A stretch of DNA of 64,000 nt, from positions 58,239 through 122,238 of IMG/VR virus record IMGVR_UViG_3300044908_000045. One strand, 5' to 3'. Source of the DNA: a virus. The first letter of the stretch is position 1. Each line of letters opens with the position of its first letter. The notes under the pieces were generated by a model that saw only the letters and a program-made list of their open reading frames with translations, made no database searches and was not told the origin of the DNA. Positions 1 to 9,678 of the stretch are shown piece after piece. Both the position numbers and the translations under genes were made by a program.

Positions 1-141
1 ATTTTTAGAATTGCCGCCTGATGGGCTCGCGGCGCTGGACCAAGCATTCGCGCGCGGAGGTCACAATACCCAAAGCGTGTGGCAACTAGTGCCGAATCTC
101 GGTGAATTGCGCAACGCTCTGATATGGGAAGGCTCCGTATA

Positions 142-1251
142 ATGGCGCGCACATCTGATTTTACTCATGAACGGCGAATTGTTCGCCGGTCGCACGCAGT
201 TGCGCCGACACCGGCTAGTGTTGTCGTGAGGCTGATTGTGCAGGCAACGGCACCGCCAGTCTCAGGCAGCGGCATGGGGCTTTCTATCACGTCACTGATG
301 ACCGCTATCGTGCTTCGCTCGGCGGGTATCGACTGTGAGGTGTGGACTGTATCCGATGGCGAGCAACTACAGCAAAAGCTCCAGTCCTATGTCTATCAGA
401 CCGAGCGTCCGATAACTCATGTCGTCATCAACACGCCGGAGTTTATCGGCCCGCTTACTTATGGCACACTGTCTGCCGCATGGCCGAACATAAATTTCGT
501 CATGCTCAATCACACTGGGCTCGCGTACCTATCAATCGACCACGACGGGTGGCGCAACATCCGCTGGGATTTGCGGCTTCAGCGGTCAACCGACAACATC
601 TTCGTAGCAGGAAACAACCCTCGCTTTGCTGCCAGCATACTAGCGCAGGACGGGGTTGCGGCATTGTGGCTGCCGAACCTCTACGACACCTCGACGTTTC
701 GGAAGCTCCGCGCTCCCCGTCCTTCCTACTCACCGTTGCGGATCGGCTCTTTTGCCGAGGGCCGCCCTTGGAAAAATCAGTTGGTTGCGGCACAGGCAGC
801 ATTGGCAATTGCCAGAACCCTCGATGCGGATCTGGAACTATATGTGAATCAAGATCTCTGGGCCGAGACCAAGGCGCTTTCGGAGGCGCGGAGACAGCTT
901 TTCTATGGGCGCCCACGGGCTAAGTTGATAACGGTACCTTGGACGGACTGGGCCAACTTTGTCGATACCGTTGAGGCGATGGATCTGCTCCTCTACGCAT
1001 CGTTCGATGAGGCGTTCGGCATGGTTCCAGCTGACGGGATCGCGGTCGGCGTGCCCAGCGTCACCAGCGGTGCGCTGGAGTGGACGCCGCACACTTGGCA
1101 GGCCCCTAATGTGTGGGACCCGGCGAGCCTGACAACCGTTGGGCTGGCGCTGCTGAACGGCCGCCTCGGTGCGGTCCAAGCTGGTCAATCCGCGCTAGAG
1201 GACTACGTCGCGATGGGTACGAAGCGCTGGATCGACTATTTGACCGCCTAA
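142..1251 (+). CDS. Glycosyltransferase, GT4/GT-B-like
   Basis: C-terminal DLLLYASFDEAFGMVPADGIAVGVPSVTS resembles the GT4 E-x7-E/D nucleotide-sugar motif; WKNQ motif upstream; ATG 142 follows GGGAAGG (ORF open from 124). Confidence 0.7.
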   Translation: MARTSDFTHERRIVRRSHAVAPTPASVVVRLIVQATAPPVSGSGMGLSITSLMTAIVLRSAGIDCEVWTVSDGEQLQQKLQSYVYQTERPITHVVINTPEFIGPLTYGTLSAAWPNINFVMLNHTGLAYLSIDHDGWRNIRWDLRLQRSTDNIFVAGNNPRFAASILAQDGVAALWLPNLYDTSTFRKLRAPRPSYSPLRIGSFAEGRPWKNQLVAAQAALAIARTLDADLELYVNQDLWAETKALSEARRQLFYGRPRAKLITVPWTDWANFVDTVEAMDLLLYASFDEAFGMVPADGIAVGVPSVTSGALEWTPHTWQAPNVWDPASLTTVGLALLNGRLGAVQAGQSALEDYVAMGTKRWIDYLTA

Positions 1252-1265
1252 AAAGGAAGACGACG

Positions 1266-2357
1266 ATGCCGATCCAGATGCGCAATCACTTGGCGCTGCA
1301 CTCAAATTTCAAGAGGATACTAGCGCCAGCAGGGTTAGCGGATTCCCAACCCTTTGCCTGGAAAGTTCCCGACCTCTGCAAAGCCTATGGCTGGCCGACG
1401 AACATCGCTGGGGCTGGGGAGATTGCGATTGTCGAGCTTGGCGGAGGATATCTGTCGTCCGATACCGACAAGTTCTGCCAGACCTACGGGATGCCGGTTC
1501 CAACCATCACGGATATTTCGGTGGATGGCACGGTAAATAGCCCAGGCATCTCCGATGCTGACGGCGAGGTCGCGCTCGACATCCAAGTATCGCTGACGGC
1601 GTATTCATCTGCTACTGGCAAGCCAGCCAACATTTTTATGTACTGGTCACAGGACATTGCCTCTGCGGTGACGAAGGCTGCTGACGATGGCCGTGATGTC
1701 TGCTCGATAAGTTGGGGGGCGGACGAAAGCGCATGGGGAGACGCAGCACTGGTACAGATGGAGGCGGCACTGCTCTACGCGACATCTAAGGGGATGGTCG
1801 TTCTGGTCGCGAGCGGCGACAACGACGCAGATGACGGCGGGGGCATGACAGGTGTGGACGCGCCAGCGTCGTGTCCGCACGCTATTGCCTGTGGGGGAAC
1901 CAATAAATTTCCGAACCAAGTCGAGAGGGTGTGGAACGACAACCCCGGTAACGTAGCCGGCGAGGGAACTGGGGGCGGGTTTTCGGCTTATTTCCCGGTT
2001 CAGGCGTGGCAATTGGGTCGCGCGCAGACGCCCCCCAAGGGGCTGGGCCGCATGGTCTCGGATGTGGCGGCGGTTGCCGATCCCGCGACGGGTTATCTCG
2101 TTGTCATTGCTGGGCAGGTTGAGATCATCGGCGGGACGAGCGCGGTGGCACCCCTGTATGCGGGGCTGATCGCTTCCTGTGGGCGCAAGCTCGGCTGGAT
2201 CACGCCAACGCTGTGGCAGAACCCGAGTTGCTTCGTCAAGGTGCCAGAGGGGAACAACGGAGTTTATGGCGGACTGGTGTGCTGTGGTCTCGGTCGACCG
2301 CGCGCGAGGATGCTCGCAACAGTGCTGGCGGAGGGGCGTCCCGTCATAGCAGTTTAG
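1266..2357 (+). CDS. S53 family (sedolisin/kumamolisin-like) serine peptidase, no obvious prodomain
   Basis: EVALDIQ (catalytic Glu/Asp), SISWG, ASGDN (oxyanion Asp), GTGGGFS, GGTSAVAP (catalytic Ser); AAGGAAG before ATG 1266. Confidence 0.9.
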   Translation: MPIQMRNHLALHSNFKRILAPAGLADSQPFAWKVPDLCKAYGWPTNIAGAGEIAIVELGGGYLSSDTDKFCQTYGMPVPTITDISVDGTVNSPGISDADGEVALDIQVSLTAYSSATGKPANIFMYWSQDIASAVTKAADDGRDVCSISWGADESAWGDAALVQMEAALLYATSKGMVVLVASGDNDADDGGGMTGVDAPASCPHAIACGGTNKFPNQVERVWNDNPGNVAGEGTGGGFSAYFPVQAWQLGRAQTPPKGLGRMVSDVAAVADPATGYLVVIAGQVEIIGGTSAVAPLYAGLIASCGRKLGWITPTLWQNPSCFVKVPEGNNGVYGGLVCCGLGRPRARMLATVLAEGRPVIAV

Positions 2358-2667
2358 GTTCTGGCTGGCGCTCTGGTGCCGGCAAGCCTTGGCGGACACC
2401 ATCTGCGATGTCCTTCGCGAGATCGGCCGCAAATTGCTGGGCTGTGATGTAGACCAGCGGTGGGCCAGATGTCGCTAGCCGAGCCGCAGCATCAGCGATC
2501 CCGGCGCACCGCTCCCGCTCCTCGGCGACTGCGGCCAAGATCGCCTCAGAGAATTCCTGCTGTTGGAACGGCCCCATCTCCTCGCGCGGATAGCCGTGTT
2601 TAATCGCGCCAGCCGCAGCCTCCCTCTGCGCCTGATTTACGCGGCGCAGTGCTTCTGACTTCGTCAT
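2344..2667 (-). CDS. Phage hypothetical protein (AAVAEERERC motif)
   Basis: ORF with ATGA overlap in the leftward operon; motif shared with 2664..2984. Confidence 0.6.
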   Translation of the reverse strand: MTKSEALRRVNQAQREAAAGAIKHGYPREEMGPFQQQEFSEAILAAVAEERERCAGIADAAARLATSGPPLVYITAQQFAADLAKDIADGVRQGLPAPERQPEPKLL

Positions 2668-2984
2668 GGCACCTTCTCTGGCTTCGGCTGGAGATCGGGA
2701 ACCTTGCCAGAAATTATGTCGGCGATGTTTTGTGCCGTATTATAGCTAACGGCCAAATTGGCGTGGCCCCAACTCTCGGGGTTATAACGACGAGCCACCA
2801 TCTCGCACCGTTCGCGCTCTTCGGCGACTGCTGCCTGGATAGCCTCTGCGATCGTGTCGGCGAACATGCCGCGTTCGGCGACTGTGCTGTGGTCCCATGT
2901 CGTGTATTTCAGTTCAGCGGAACACTTCGCCTGGTAGCGCTCCACGGCCGCATTAAACGCCGCATCGGCTTCCTTACGCGTCAT
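2664..2984 (-). CDS. Phage hypothetical protein (AAVAEERERC motif)
   Basis: Start MTRKEAD after GAGG; ATGA coupling at both ends. Confidence 0.6.
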   Translation of the reverse strand: MTRKEADAAFNAAVERYQAKCSAELKYTTWDHSTVAERGMFADTIAEAIQAAVAEERERCEMVARRYNPESWGHANLAVSYNTAQNIADIISGKVPDLQPKPEKVP

Positions 2985-3400
2985 GGCGCATCCTCTTCTA
3001 ACGGGTCCGGCACCTTGTCGGCGTGTTTCCATCGCAGTCGCGCCGCGATCTCACGAAAGTGCTGGACAGCGTTCGTGCCACCCTCGTACTCGGCATGATC
3101 GACGTGCATGCGGATTCGATCGATGACCGCGTGCGCAGCATCGTAGAGTTCGAGAAAGTCGGCGACCGGCACGGTGCCCTTCACGGCGCATTCCTCCGGC
3201 TCCGGCTGGCGGTCGGGCTCATCTTTGAACCAGCAGAACCGCTCTCGGGGCCAGTGAATATATCGGTGGGTACCTGTTGCTTCATCTGTGTATTGCGACA
3301 CGACCAACACTGAATTGCCGGCCGTCCAGAAGACCGTCTTAACGCGCTCATAGACGACCTGAACGGTGCTATCGTCGCGATAAATTGTCAGCGTTCTCAT
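2981..3400 (-). CDS. Phage hypothetical protein, possibly two fused cassettes (second GTG at 3184)
   Basis: GGAGG RBS before ATG 3400 and an internal GGAGG...GCCGTG junction motif. Confidence 0.55.
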   Translation of the reverse strand: MRTLTIYRDDSTVQVVYERVKTVFWTAGNSVLVVSQYTDEATGTHRYIHWPRERFCWFKDEPDRQPEPEECAVKGTVPVADFLELYDAAHAVIDRIRMHVDHAEYEGGTNAVQHFREIAARLRWKHADKVPDPLEEDAP

Positions 3401-3608
3401 GGCGTATCCTCCGGCTCCGGTTGCGCGTCACGCTCAATGCTGTCGAGGCGCGCCCGGACTTCTTCAGTGACCGGCGAACCACATAGAGCGGCACTGGCGT
3501 CTCCAATCCTGGCCCAACTTCACGGTCAAGGCTGTCACCAGCCCACTCGGAACAATTTTTGGCGATGTAGGCGCAGCGGCGAGCAAAAAGTCGGTAGGTC
3601 AGGCTCAT
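3369..3608 (-). CDS. Phage hypothetical protein
   Basis: ORF coupled to its neighbours in the leftward operon. Confidence 0.45.
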   Translation of the reverse strand: MSLTYRLFARRCAYIAKNCSEWAGDSLDREVGPGLETPVPLYVVRRSLKKSGRASTALSVTRNRSRRIRHENADNLSRR

Positions 3609-3799
3609 GACTTGTCATCCGGGTCTGGCCGCCCGCCGCCTTCGGATATCCCAGAGCCGGCGGTATCGCAGCACGACGCAATCCCGCTGCCCTGGCATTC
3701 GGGGCACGGGAGTTCCTGCGTCACAATGAACGAGCCGTCTTCCGACTTGACCCGCACGACAGGGAACTTGCCTCGACCGAAGCAAAGAGGACAGATCAC
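3605..3799 (-). CDS. Small DnaJ-type zinc-finger protein
   Basis: CPLCFGRG and CPECQGSG (CxxCxGxG) repeats. Confidence 0.65.
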   Translation of the reverse strand: MICPLCFGRGKFPVVRVKSEDGSFIVTQELPCPECQGSGIASCCDTAGSGISEGGGRPDPDDKS

Positions 3800-4062
3800 G
3801 GCTGCTTCTTCCGCGCGATCTCGGCGTCGTTAAGGTAATCTACTTCGGCCGAGGTCATGTTGACGCGTCTTAGAATCCATTCCGCCTCCCTCATGTTCCG
3901 ATACCGCGCCGCGTCGCGCATCATGGCGGCGGCGCATTTCATATGAAACGGGCGCGCGGATTGCTCTGCCGGCAGCATCGTTGGCCATTGACCGGGGTCA
4001 CCCGCGAGGCTGTTGCAAAACTCTCCGCAGGCGTAACAAGGCTCATTGTGCCCTTCAGCCAT
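3796..4062 (-). CDS. Phage hypothetical protein (Cys-containing; RDAARY...DAEIAR tail)
   Basis: Coupled ORF; C-terminal module shared with 4055..4390. Confidence 0.55.
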   Translation of the reverse strand: MAEGHNEPCYACGEFCNSLAGDPGQWPTMLPAEQSARPFHMKCAAAMMRDAARYRNMREAEWILRRVNMTSAEVDYLNDAEIARKKQP

Positions 4063-4390
4063 TGGGCTTCTCCCGCGCGATCTCGGCGTCGATCGCTTGC
4101 CTTATTTCTTTTGGACTCTCGCCGCGCAGACCTATCCGCTGATGCTCAATGAGCCAATTCAACCGCGCCGCGTCGCGCAGCAGGTCGTCGATGCGCGCGA
4201 CTATGCGCCAGCTAGGCGGGAACCATCGATCCAGCCGCCCAGGCAGACACCAATATCCCTCCTCTTGGAGCCGGAGCGGGAATTCATTGTCGCTGTCGGC
4301 TGAGCGTATCCAATACCACCCCGACTCCGGGTTCGCGTCGTCATCCATCGGTTTTGGCGGGGTGCGCCAACGCTCGCCATCTTCAGTCAT
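4055..4390 (-). CDS. Phage hypothetical protein (RDAARL...DAEIAR tail)
   Basis: Coupled ORF, AAGG RBS. Confidence 0.55.
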   Translation of the reverse strand: MTEDGERWRTPPKPMDDDANPESGWYWIRSADSDNEFPLRLQEEGYWCLPGRLDRWFPPSWRIVARIDDLLRDAARLNWLIEHQRIGLRGESPKEIRQAIDAEIAREKPNG

Positions 4391-4613
4391 TTACGGACCT
4401 TCTCCCGATATCCACACTTCCTTTATCGGCGATAGGCGGAATCTGGTGGTGCATGACGACGCCGATGATGGCGCATGCCGATGCGCAAAGCAGCGAAAAC
4501 GGCACAAGGACGTTTAGCCCTACCAAGTAGTCGAAGACGGCGAACGCCACGGAGCCGACAGCGCACACCGCCATGAGATCGCGGTCGCGCCGGGGATTCT
4601 TCGATTTGAACAT
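4383..4613 (-). CDS. Small two-TM membrane protein
   Basis: Start MFKSKNP after AGGAGG; two hydrophobic segments. Confidence 0.55.
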   Translation of the reverse strand: MFKSKNPRRDRDLMAVCAVGSVAFAVFDYLVGLNVLVPFSLLCASACAIIGVVMHHQIPPIADKGSVDIGRRSVND

Positions 4614-4614
4614 C

Positions 4615-4983
4615 TCACTCGTCCTCCTGGGTTTTGAGAGCATCACGCATCGCTTGGTCTGGGCTGCGGGCGACAAAGGCGGCGGCGATGGCGAACAGAT
4701 CAATGTGGTACAGGCGCTCGAATGCGGGCTGGCCCACCTCATGTTGTTGGGTGTGGTGAGCTACGCAGAGGGCAATTGAATCCCAGTCGGCTGGCTTTAT
4801 TCCAGTTCCAGAGTTTGCGGCACTCCGCACATGCGCGACCTGTATGGGCAGGCCCGGACAATTTGGCACGCAGCACTGGTGCGCCCGCACAAATTTCCTA
4901 TGCCGAGGCCATTCGCGCGCGACTGCGCGCTCGATGCCTGATCGCGGGCGCACCCGCCTGGGCGGGAGCCGAGTGTAACTCAC
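4615..4983 (-). CDS. DUF968/HNH-like zinc-binding nuclease
   Basis: HRKFVRAHQCCVPNC, AHVR, ALCVAHHTQQH motifs; GTGA overlap with the recT stop. Confidence 0.7.
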   Translation of the reverse strand: MSYTRLPPRRVRPRSGIERAVAREWPRHRKFVRAHQCCVPNCPGLPIQVAHVRSAANSGTGIKPADWDSIALCVAHHTQQHEVGQPAFERLYHIDLFAIAAAFVARSPDQAMRDALKTQEDE

Positions 4984-6140
4984 CCCTTTCCCTCCAGTTT
5001 TCGCATTCTTGCGGTGAAGGCGTCGTGCCAGCGCTGATACGCCACGTCGTCTGAAATTGCTTGGATTACGCGCCCGTTCTTGCGCGCGAACGCGTTGCAT
5101 CCCGCCAAGGTTTGCAGCTTCTCGTTAGCCTCGATCAGATCGGTGACGGTTGCGCTCCAATTCACTGCGCCCGCCAGATCAAGGCGCAGCGGGATTTCGG
5201 GAATCTCGACTTCACCAATATCTGGCGGCGTACCCGAACTCTTCGAAGGGTCTCCGATCGAAGTAGAGACGCCGTCGGAGTTCGCTAAAGGGTCGGGCAG
5301 CCCCTCTCGTCTGGCAGCCGGCGAGGACGACGAGGGTATGTCACCCTCGTCGTCCTGCGGCGCCTCACGCTCGGATGGGGGGTCGAGCGGAGCTGGGGGA
5401 TCAGGGAGAATTGGGACGGGCATCGGTAGTGCGGGCGTGTCGTCGAGGAACGACGTGTCGGTCTTCACCGGCTCAGGCGGCATGTCCTCGACCAACTCGC
5501 GGATCGCCAACCCCATCAGGTCGTCGGCAAACCCATCGCTCGCGGGACGATGAAATGCACGCCACTTTAGCATCCTTTTGGGGTGTTGGGTCCACGGTTG
5601 GCGATGCGGGTCCATCCACAGCCGGGCGCGTTTGGCGTCGCCGACCGTGAACTCGCCAACATAAGGCTCGTCTTGGTCTTTGCGTTTCATCGTGACGCGG
5701 ACACCAAATCCATCACTGAACTTGCCGGTTTCGGTCGCCGCATCAGGTCGGGGGCCGATCTCCTCGATCTTCATCCATTCCAGGTGCCCCTTGTTTTGGA
5801 TCAGGGCGCTGATCCCGTCTCCAAACACACAGGGAATATTGTTAATTATGCCTATGGTTGAGAGCGCGGTTAGCGGCGGCAGACCAACCTCGGAGCCCTT
5901 CTGAATGCCCATTACGACACGGGCGACTTGGACCTCTTTGGGGTACGGCCCGCCTCTGTTCTTGGTGTAGCTGTCAGGAGCGATTCCCGACAGCAGCACC
6001 GCTTCGGCAAACCGCCAAATCTCCTCGATGGTGCGCGGGATGATTGGCGTCGGGTTTCCGCCAGCGACCAACTCAGCCCGGCGCACGCGATCAATTGCGC
6101 GATCGACAGCAATCTCGGTTGAGAGAGGGGCATCGTTCAT
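4980..6140 (-). CDS. recT: RecT-family single-strand annealing recombinase
   Basis: GSEVGLPPLTALSTIGIINNIP, FTVGDAKRARLW, PWTQHPKRML motifs; near a RecE-like exonuclease. Confidence 0.8.
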   Translation of the reverse strand: MNDAPLSTEIAVDRAIDRVRRAELVAGGNPTPIIPRTIEEIWRFAEAVLLSGIAPDSYTKNRGGPYPKEVQVARVVMGIQKGSEVGLPPLTALSTIGIINNIPCVFGDGISALIQNKGHLEWMKIEEIGPRPDAATETGKFSDGFGVRVTMKRKDQDEPYVGEFTVGDAKRARLWMDPHRQPWTQHPKRMLKWRAFHRPASDGFADDLMGLAIRELVEDMPPEPVKTDTSFLDDTPALPMPVPILPDPPAPLDPPSEREAPQDDEGDIPSSSSPAARREGLPDPLANSDGVSTSIGDPSKSSGTPPDIGEVEIPEIPLRLDLAGAVNWSATVTDLIEANEKLQTLAGCNAFARKNGRVIQAISDDVAYQRWHDAFTARMRKLEGKG

Positions 6141-6454
6141 CGCCGCACCCGGTTGCGAGGGCGCAGGTGTATGCCGCGTTCCTCTAACGCCTCACACCCA
6201 ATCTCTCCTATGGCGTGCACCACCAGGGGGAGTCCAAACGCCACAGCCGCAACCGCCATGGCTCCAAGGATCACGAGCAGCGGCACAAATAACATGCCTA
6301 TAGGCCATGGAAATTCGCTCCAACCTCCAGAAACTTTCTGGAGTTCCAGCGCCGCAAAATAATCCGCCACCACCGGGATTGTGATCAAAGCTACTCCTAC
6401 CACAGTTTCTGTTATCTCGCGGCGGGGCTCGCGGAAGATGTTGGATAGAGCCAT
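6137..6454 (-). CDS. Membrane protein
   Basis: Two hydrophobic helices; GGAG RBS. Confidence 0.55.
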   Translation of the reverse strand: MALSNIFREPRREITETVVGVALITIPVVADYFAALELQKVSGGWSEFPWPIGMLFVPLLVILGAMAVAAVAFGLPLVVHAIGEIGCEALEERGIHLRPRNRVRR

Positions 6455-6481
6455 CAGTCGTCTCCCTCTGGAAGGTTGAGT

Positions 6482-7561
6482 TTAGTACGCCCTGTAAATG
6501 AAGTCTTCGTCAGCGAACGTTTCGATCTCGGATAAATCGACCCATGGCGCCTCGCCAAAAACCCGCCAATTTCGCGCCCAAATATGCTTGGCATCTTCGA
6601 CCTCAGCCTTGGCGACTTCCATGTACGTCAAGTGCCGATGCGCCACGAATCCTTTCGCAACCGGCGCTGGTCCTTTCGCACTGAAAACGAACATAAAGGT
6701 TGGTTCGGCGGCAACACTTTGCAGAAAGGCGGGGCTGACATCGCCGTAGACCAGGCCCGCGTCAATTAGGGTGCGCGCTTCTCTGGCGGCGTCGAGATAG
6801 ACACACGCCTGGGTAAAATAACGGTACCGGAGCATCGCTTGGGCTATGGCTGTCTTTAGGGGCAACCCACGACTGTCAAACGATTTCAGATCCGCAATCG
6901 CGTTGGTTTTCCAATAGTCCAAGCGCGCCTTCATCGGAACCCCAGTCTCAGGATCGCGCCAGAAAACCGACACCTCGCTATACCCACCCTTGAAGGCTTT
7001 GCCCAACTGCGGATGAGCCTCGATCATGTGCGCCGCCATCTCGATCTTGCGCACCGTTTTGGCCGAGAGAAACTCCTTGCCCGCATGGCGGCGCTCATGC
7101 GTTTGGAGCAACGATTCCCAGACTTGCGCCTCGGGATCGTAGCCAAGCAGCATCTCAATCAACTCGTCCTTGCGCTTGCCAGAGAACCCCTTTATCGGGC
7201 CGCCAGCAGCGACGATCGCCGCCGCGATGTCCTTGTTGGTTTTGAGCGCATCCGGGAAGTCGCGATCGTCGAGCTTGGCGGCATACCGAGCGTAGAACGT
7301 ATCCCGACCCTCCAATATGCGGGAGTGATACGCAGATCCAATTATTTTGGCCTCGCTGTCCTCTTCGTCATCGGGGTCGTCGTTGAGCGGACTGCGAGAC
7401 CACCAATCTAGCGGGCTGACCCGCAGCCACTTGATTCCCGAAGCGCTCAAAGCGAGAGCCTGATGGTAACGAGACTCATCTAGCCCGAAGAAAACCCCCG
7501 AAGGGTGCACCAACGGGTGCACCACTTCGATCGGCTGGTCGTCAAGCGGGACTGCGCTCAT
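6482..7561 (-). CDS. RecE/ExoVIII-like PD-(D/E)XK exonuclease (DUF3799-like)
   Basis: YH...LSASGIK, GSAYHSRILE, SEVSVFW, KARLD, ADLKS, YFTQACVY. Confidence 0.85.
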   Translation of the reverse strand: MSAVPLDDQPIEVVHPLVHPSGVFFGLDESRYHQALALSASGIKWLRVSPLDWWSRSPLNDDPDDEEDSEAKIIGSAYHSRILEGRDTFYARYAAKLDDRDFPDALKTNKDIAAAIVAAGGPIKGFSGKRKDELIEMLLGYDPEAQVWESLLQTHERRHAGKEFLSAKTVRKIEMAAHMIEAHPQLGKAFKGGYSEVSVFWRDPETGVPMKARLDYWKTNAIADLKSFDSRGLPLKTAIAQAMLRYRYFTQACVYLDAAREARTLIDAGLVYGDVSPAFLQSVAAEPTFMFVFSAKGPAPVAKGFVAHRHLTYMEVAKAEVEDAKHIWARNWRVFGEAPWVDLSEIETFADEDFIYRAY

Positions 7562-7955
7562 CTACCTTGGACTCGATGAATTGGATTTGCGGAACCTGCT
7601 CTGCCTCGCGGTAGGCAATCGCTTGGTCGAACTTCCGCAAGACCCCCCGTTTGGTGCGCCACCAGCGGTTGTTGTACGTGGGCACTTTCCTTACGGTTCT
7701 GCCAACCGCCGCGCCGAGATCGCAGATCGCCTCCATTATCGCGCTCTCCTCAGCAACATGACAACAAATCCAGGGGCTCTCGGTTTCTAACCCAGCCGCA
7801 GCACACACCACACCGATCATGCAATAGCTCACGGCACGCGGATCGGTGGGCTTGCACGGCAGGCCGTTGGCTCTCCTTGCGTAGGCTCTCTTGCACAGAT
7901 CGGCCTCAGCGAGGATTACCCGCGCATCACGCAGGATTTGCAGCGCCTCGTCCAT
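7542..7955 (-). CDS. DUF6197-like phage protein
   Basis: CKRAYAR...YCMIG...YNN..RTKRGVLRKFDQAI pattern matches the copies at 35-41 kb. Confidence 0.65.
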   Translation of the reverse strand: MDEALQILRDARVILAEADLCKRAYARRANGLPCKPTDPRAVSYCMIGVVCAAAGLETESPWICCHVAEESAIMEAICDLGAAVGRTVRKVPTYNNRWWRTKRGVLRKFDQAIAYREAEQVPQIQFIESKVDERSPA

Positions 7956-7973
7956 TTGATCACCTCCTCTCTG

Positions 7974-9647
7974 TTAGTTGAACCGACCCTCGATTCGACC
8001 CAGTCGCTTGTTGACCTCGACGAGAACCTCGACCAAGCGATTGACCTTGGTGTTGACCGAGGGGACCAGGGCGTCGGGCACATCGTCGCGCCCGACTGCG
8101 GCTTGGATAAATCCAGCGTTGCTCTGAATGTGTCGCGTCCGACCTGCGGTGTCGTTAACTAGGCGCTCGACCGCGTCGGGGTTTTTGAATCCGTCCGCTC
8201 CGTTGCCGTTATGCAGGATGGCTTGAAAGCTCTCAACGAACTTTTCGGCGTCGGATTTGTCACCGAGGTTCCGATTGAGCAGACCCAACTGGAATCCCAT
8301 GCTCTCGGCCGAGATAAACAGGTCGTGGTCGCTCAATTGGTCCGCGTCACGCCCGACCATCGACAGGGTGGCGCGCGACACGCACTCCCGGATCGAAGAT
8401 GGGATTTGCCCGGCAAGCGCTTCGCCGGCTTTGGGCAACGGCAAATCCTGCGGGATCAGGTCGCGGGCGTAGAACCGCAGTAGGCGCTCGACGGTTGGGG
8501 CGTCGGGGGCTTTGAGCGAGATGATCGCATCGAGACGGCCGGGGCGCAGCATCGCTTGGTGGATTTCGTCAACGTGATTAGTTGACAGCAGCACCATGAC
8601 CTCGTCGTCCTTGCCGACAACGCCGGAGATCGTGTTGATCAGATCGTTGGCGTCTTCGTCTCGCTCTTCGGTGATGCGGTCGATATCCTCGGCAAACACA
8701 ACGCACGGCATGTAGCGCCGCGCGAGGTGCAGCGCGGCGGTCAAACCCTGGACCTTGTCGAGCAAAATATAGGTCCACTCGCCATGCCGCTGTGCGACGT
8801 TGGCTACCATGCGCGCGGTCAAGGACTTGCCGGTGCCGAAGCGGCCTTCGAGCAGAACTTTGCGCCCAAGCGGGATTTTACGCTGGCGGCACGCCTCGGA
8901 TTTCAGCAATGGCACCAGCAGATTGACCGTGATCTGATCGGTCGTCACGTCATCGAACAAAACCGCCGCCTCGGTGGTGTCCTCGACGTTTAGGAAGTCG
9001 GGTCCCTCGGCCAGCATTAGTTGGCCGTTGTCATCGACTTGGATGCTGATCGCCTTGCCGCGATAGATTGATTCCTCGCGGACGATGCGGCGGGTTTCCT
9101 CGGCGATCCGCAGGATGATCTCGCGATCCTTCTTGGCCACCGTGCCCATGATGACCATACCGGGATGACCCTTGTTGTTGAAACTGAACCCGGTGGTGAT
9201 CTGCTTTTCGACGCCGGGCAACTTGAAGTTCCCCATCGCGACTTGGACGAACTCGCCTGGCCGATACCCAGTTTTGATCGTCAGCATCTGCGGGTCGGAA
9301 TACCAAGTGCTGACCGGCGACGACAGCCCGTAAAGGTTGCGGCACGCTTTGGTGAACGCCACCGCAGCGTCGTGCGGGAAAGCGTCGATCCACTCGAATA
9401 CCTTGAAATCCTGGTCTTCGTCCTTGATGATGCGGTCGAGGGTTTCGCGCGCGACCGTTAGCGGCATACGCGCCGGATCGGCTGGCAATTGGATGCGGCG
9501 ACCGCCATCGGGCCAGTCCACCGGAACGTCAATCTTGCTCCAATTGGGCTGCTTTTTGCCGGATAGCCGTTCGGCCAATTCCAGCATGACATCGGCCAGC
9601 GCGGCATTTTCCAGCACTGGGGTTTCGGCAACTACTAACTTAGCCAT
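7974..9647 (-). CDS. AAA+ ATPase (classical clade, FtsH/CDC48-like ATPase domain, no protease domain)
   Basis: Walker A GRFGTGKS, Walker B VVFAEDID, STN sensor, SRH AMLRPGRLD; GAGGGG RBS before ATG 9647. Confidence 0.9.
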   Translation of the reverse strand: MAKLVVAETPVLENAALADVMLELAERLSGKKQPNWSKIDVPVDWPDGGRRIQLPADPARMPLTVARETLDRIIKDEDQDFKVFEWIDAFPHDAAVAFTKACRNLYGLSSPVSTWYSDPQMLTIKTGYRPGEFVQVAMGNFKLPGVEKQITTGFSFNNKGHPGMVIMGTVAKKDREIILRIAEETRRIVREESIYRGKAISIQVDDNGQLMLAEGPDFLNVEDTTEAAVLFDDVTTDQITVNLLVPLLKSEACRQRKIPLGRKVLLEGRFGTGKSLTARMVANVAQRHGEWTYILLDKVQGLTAALHLARRYMPCVVFAEDIDRITEERDEDANDLINTISGVVGKDDEVMVLLSTNHVDEIHQAMLRPGRLDAIISLKAPDAPTVERLLRFYARDLIPQDLPLPKAGEALAGQIPSSIRECVSRATLSMVGRDADQLSDHDLFISAESMGFQLGLLNRNLGDKSDAEKFVESFQAILHNGNGADGFKNPDAVERLVNDTAGRTRHIQSNAGFIQAAVGRDDVPDALVPSVNTKVNRLVEVLVEVNKRLGRIEGRFN

Positions 9648-9678
9648 GTCGTCCCCTCTCTTAGGTTGATAGTGAAAA

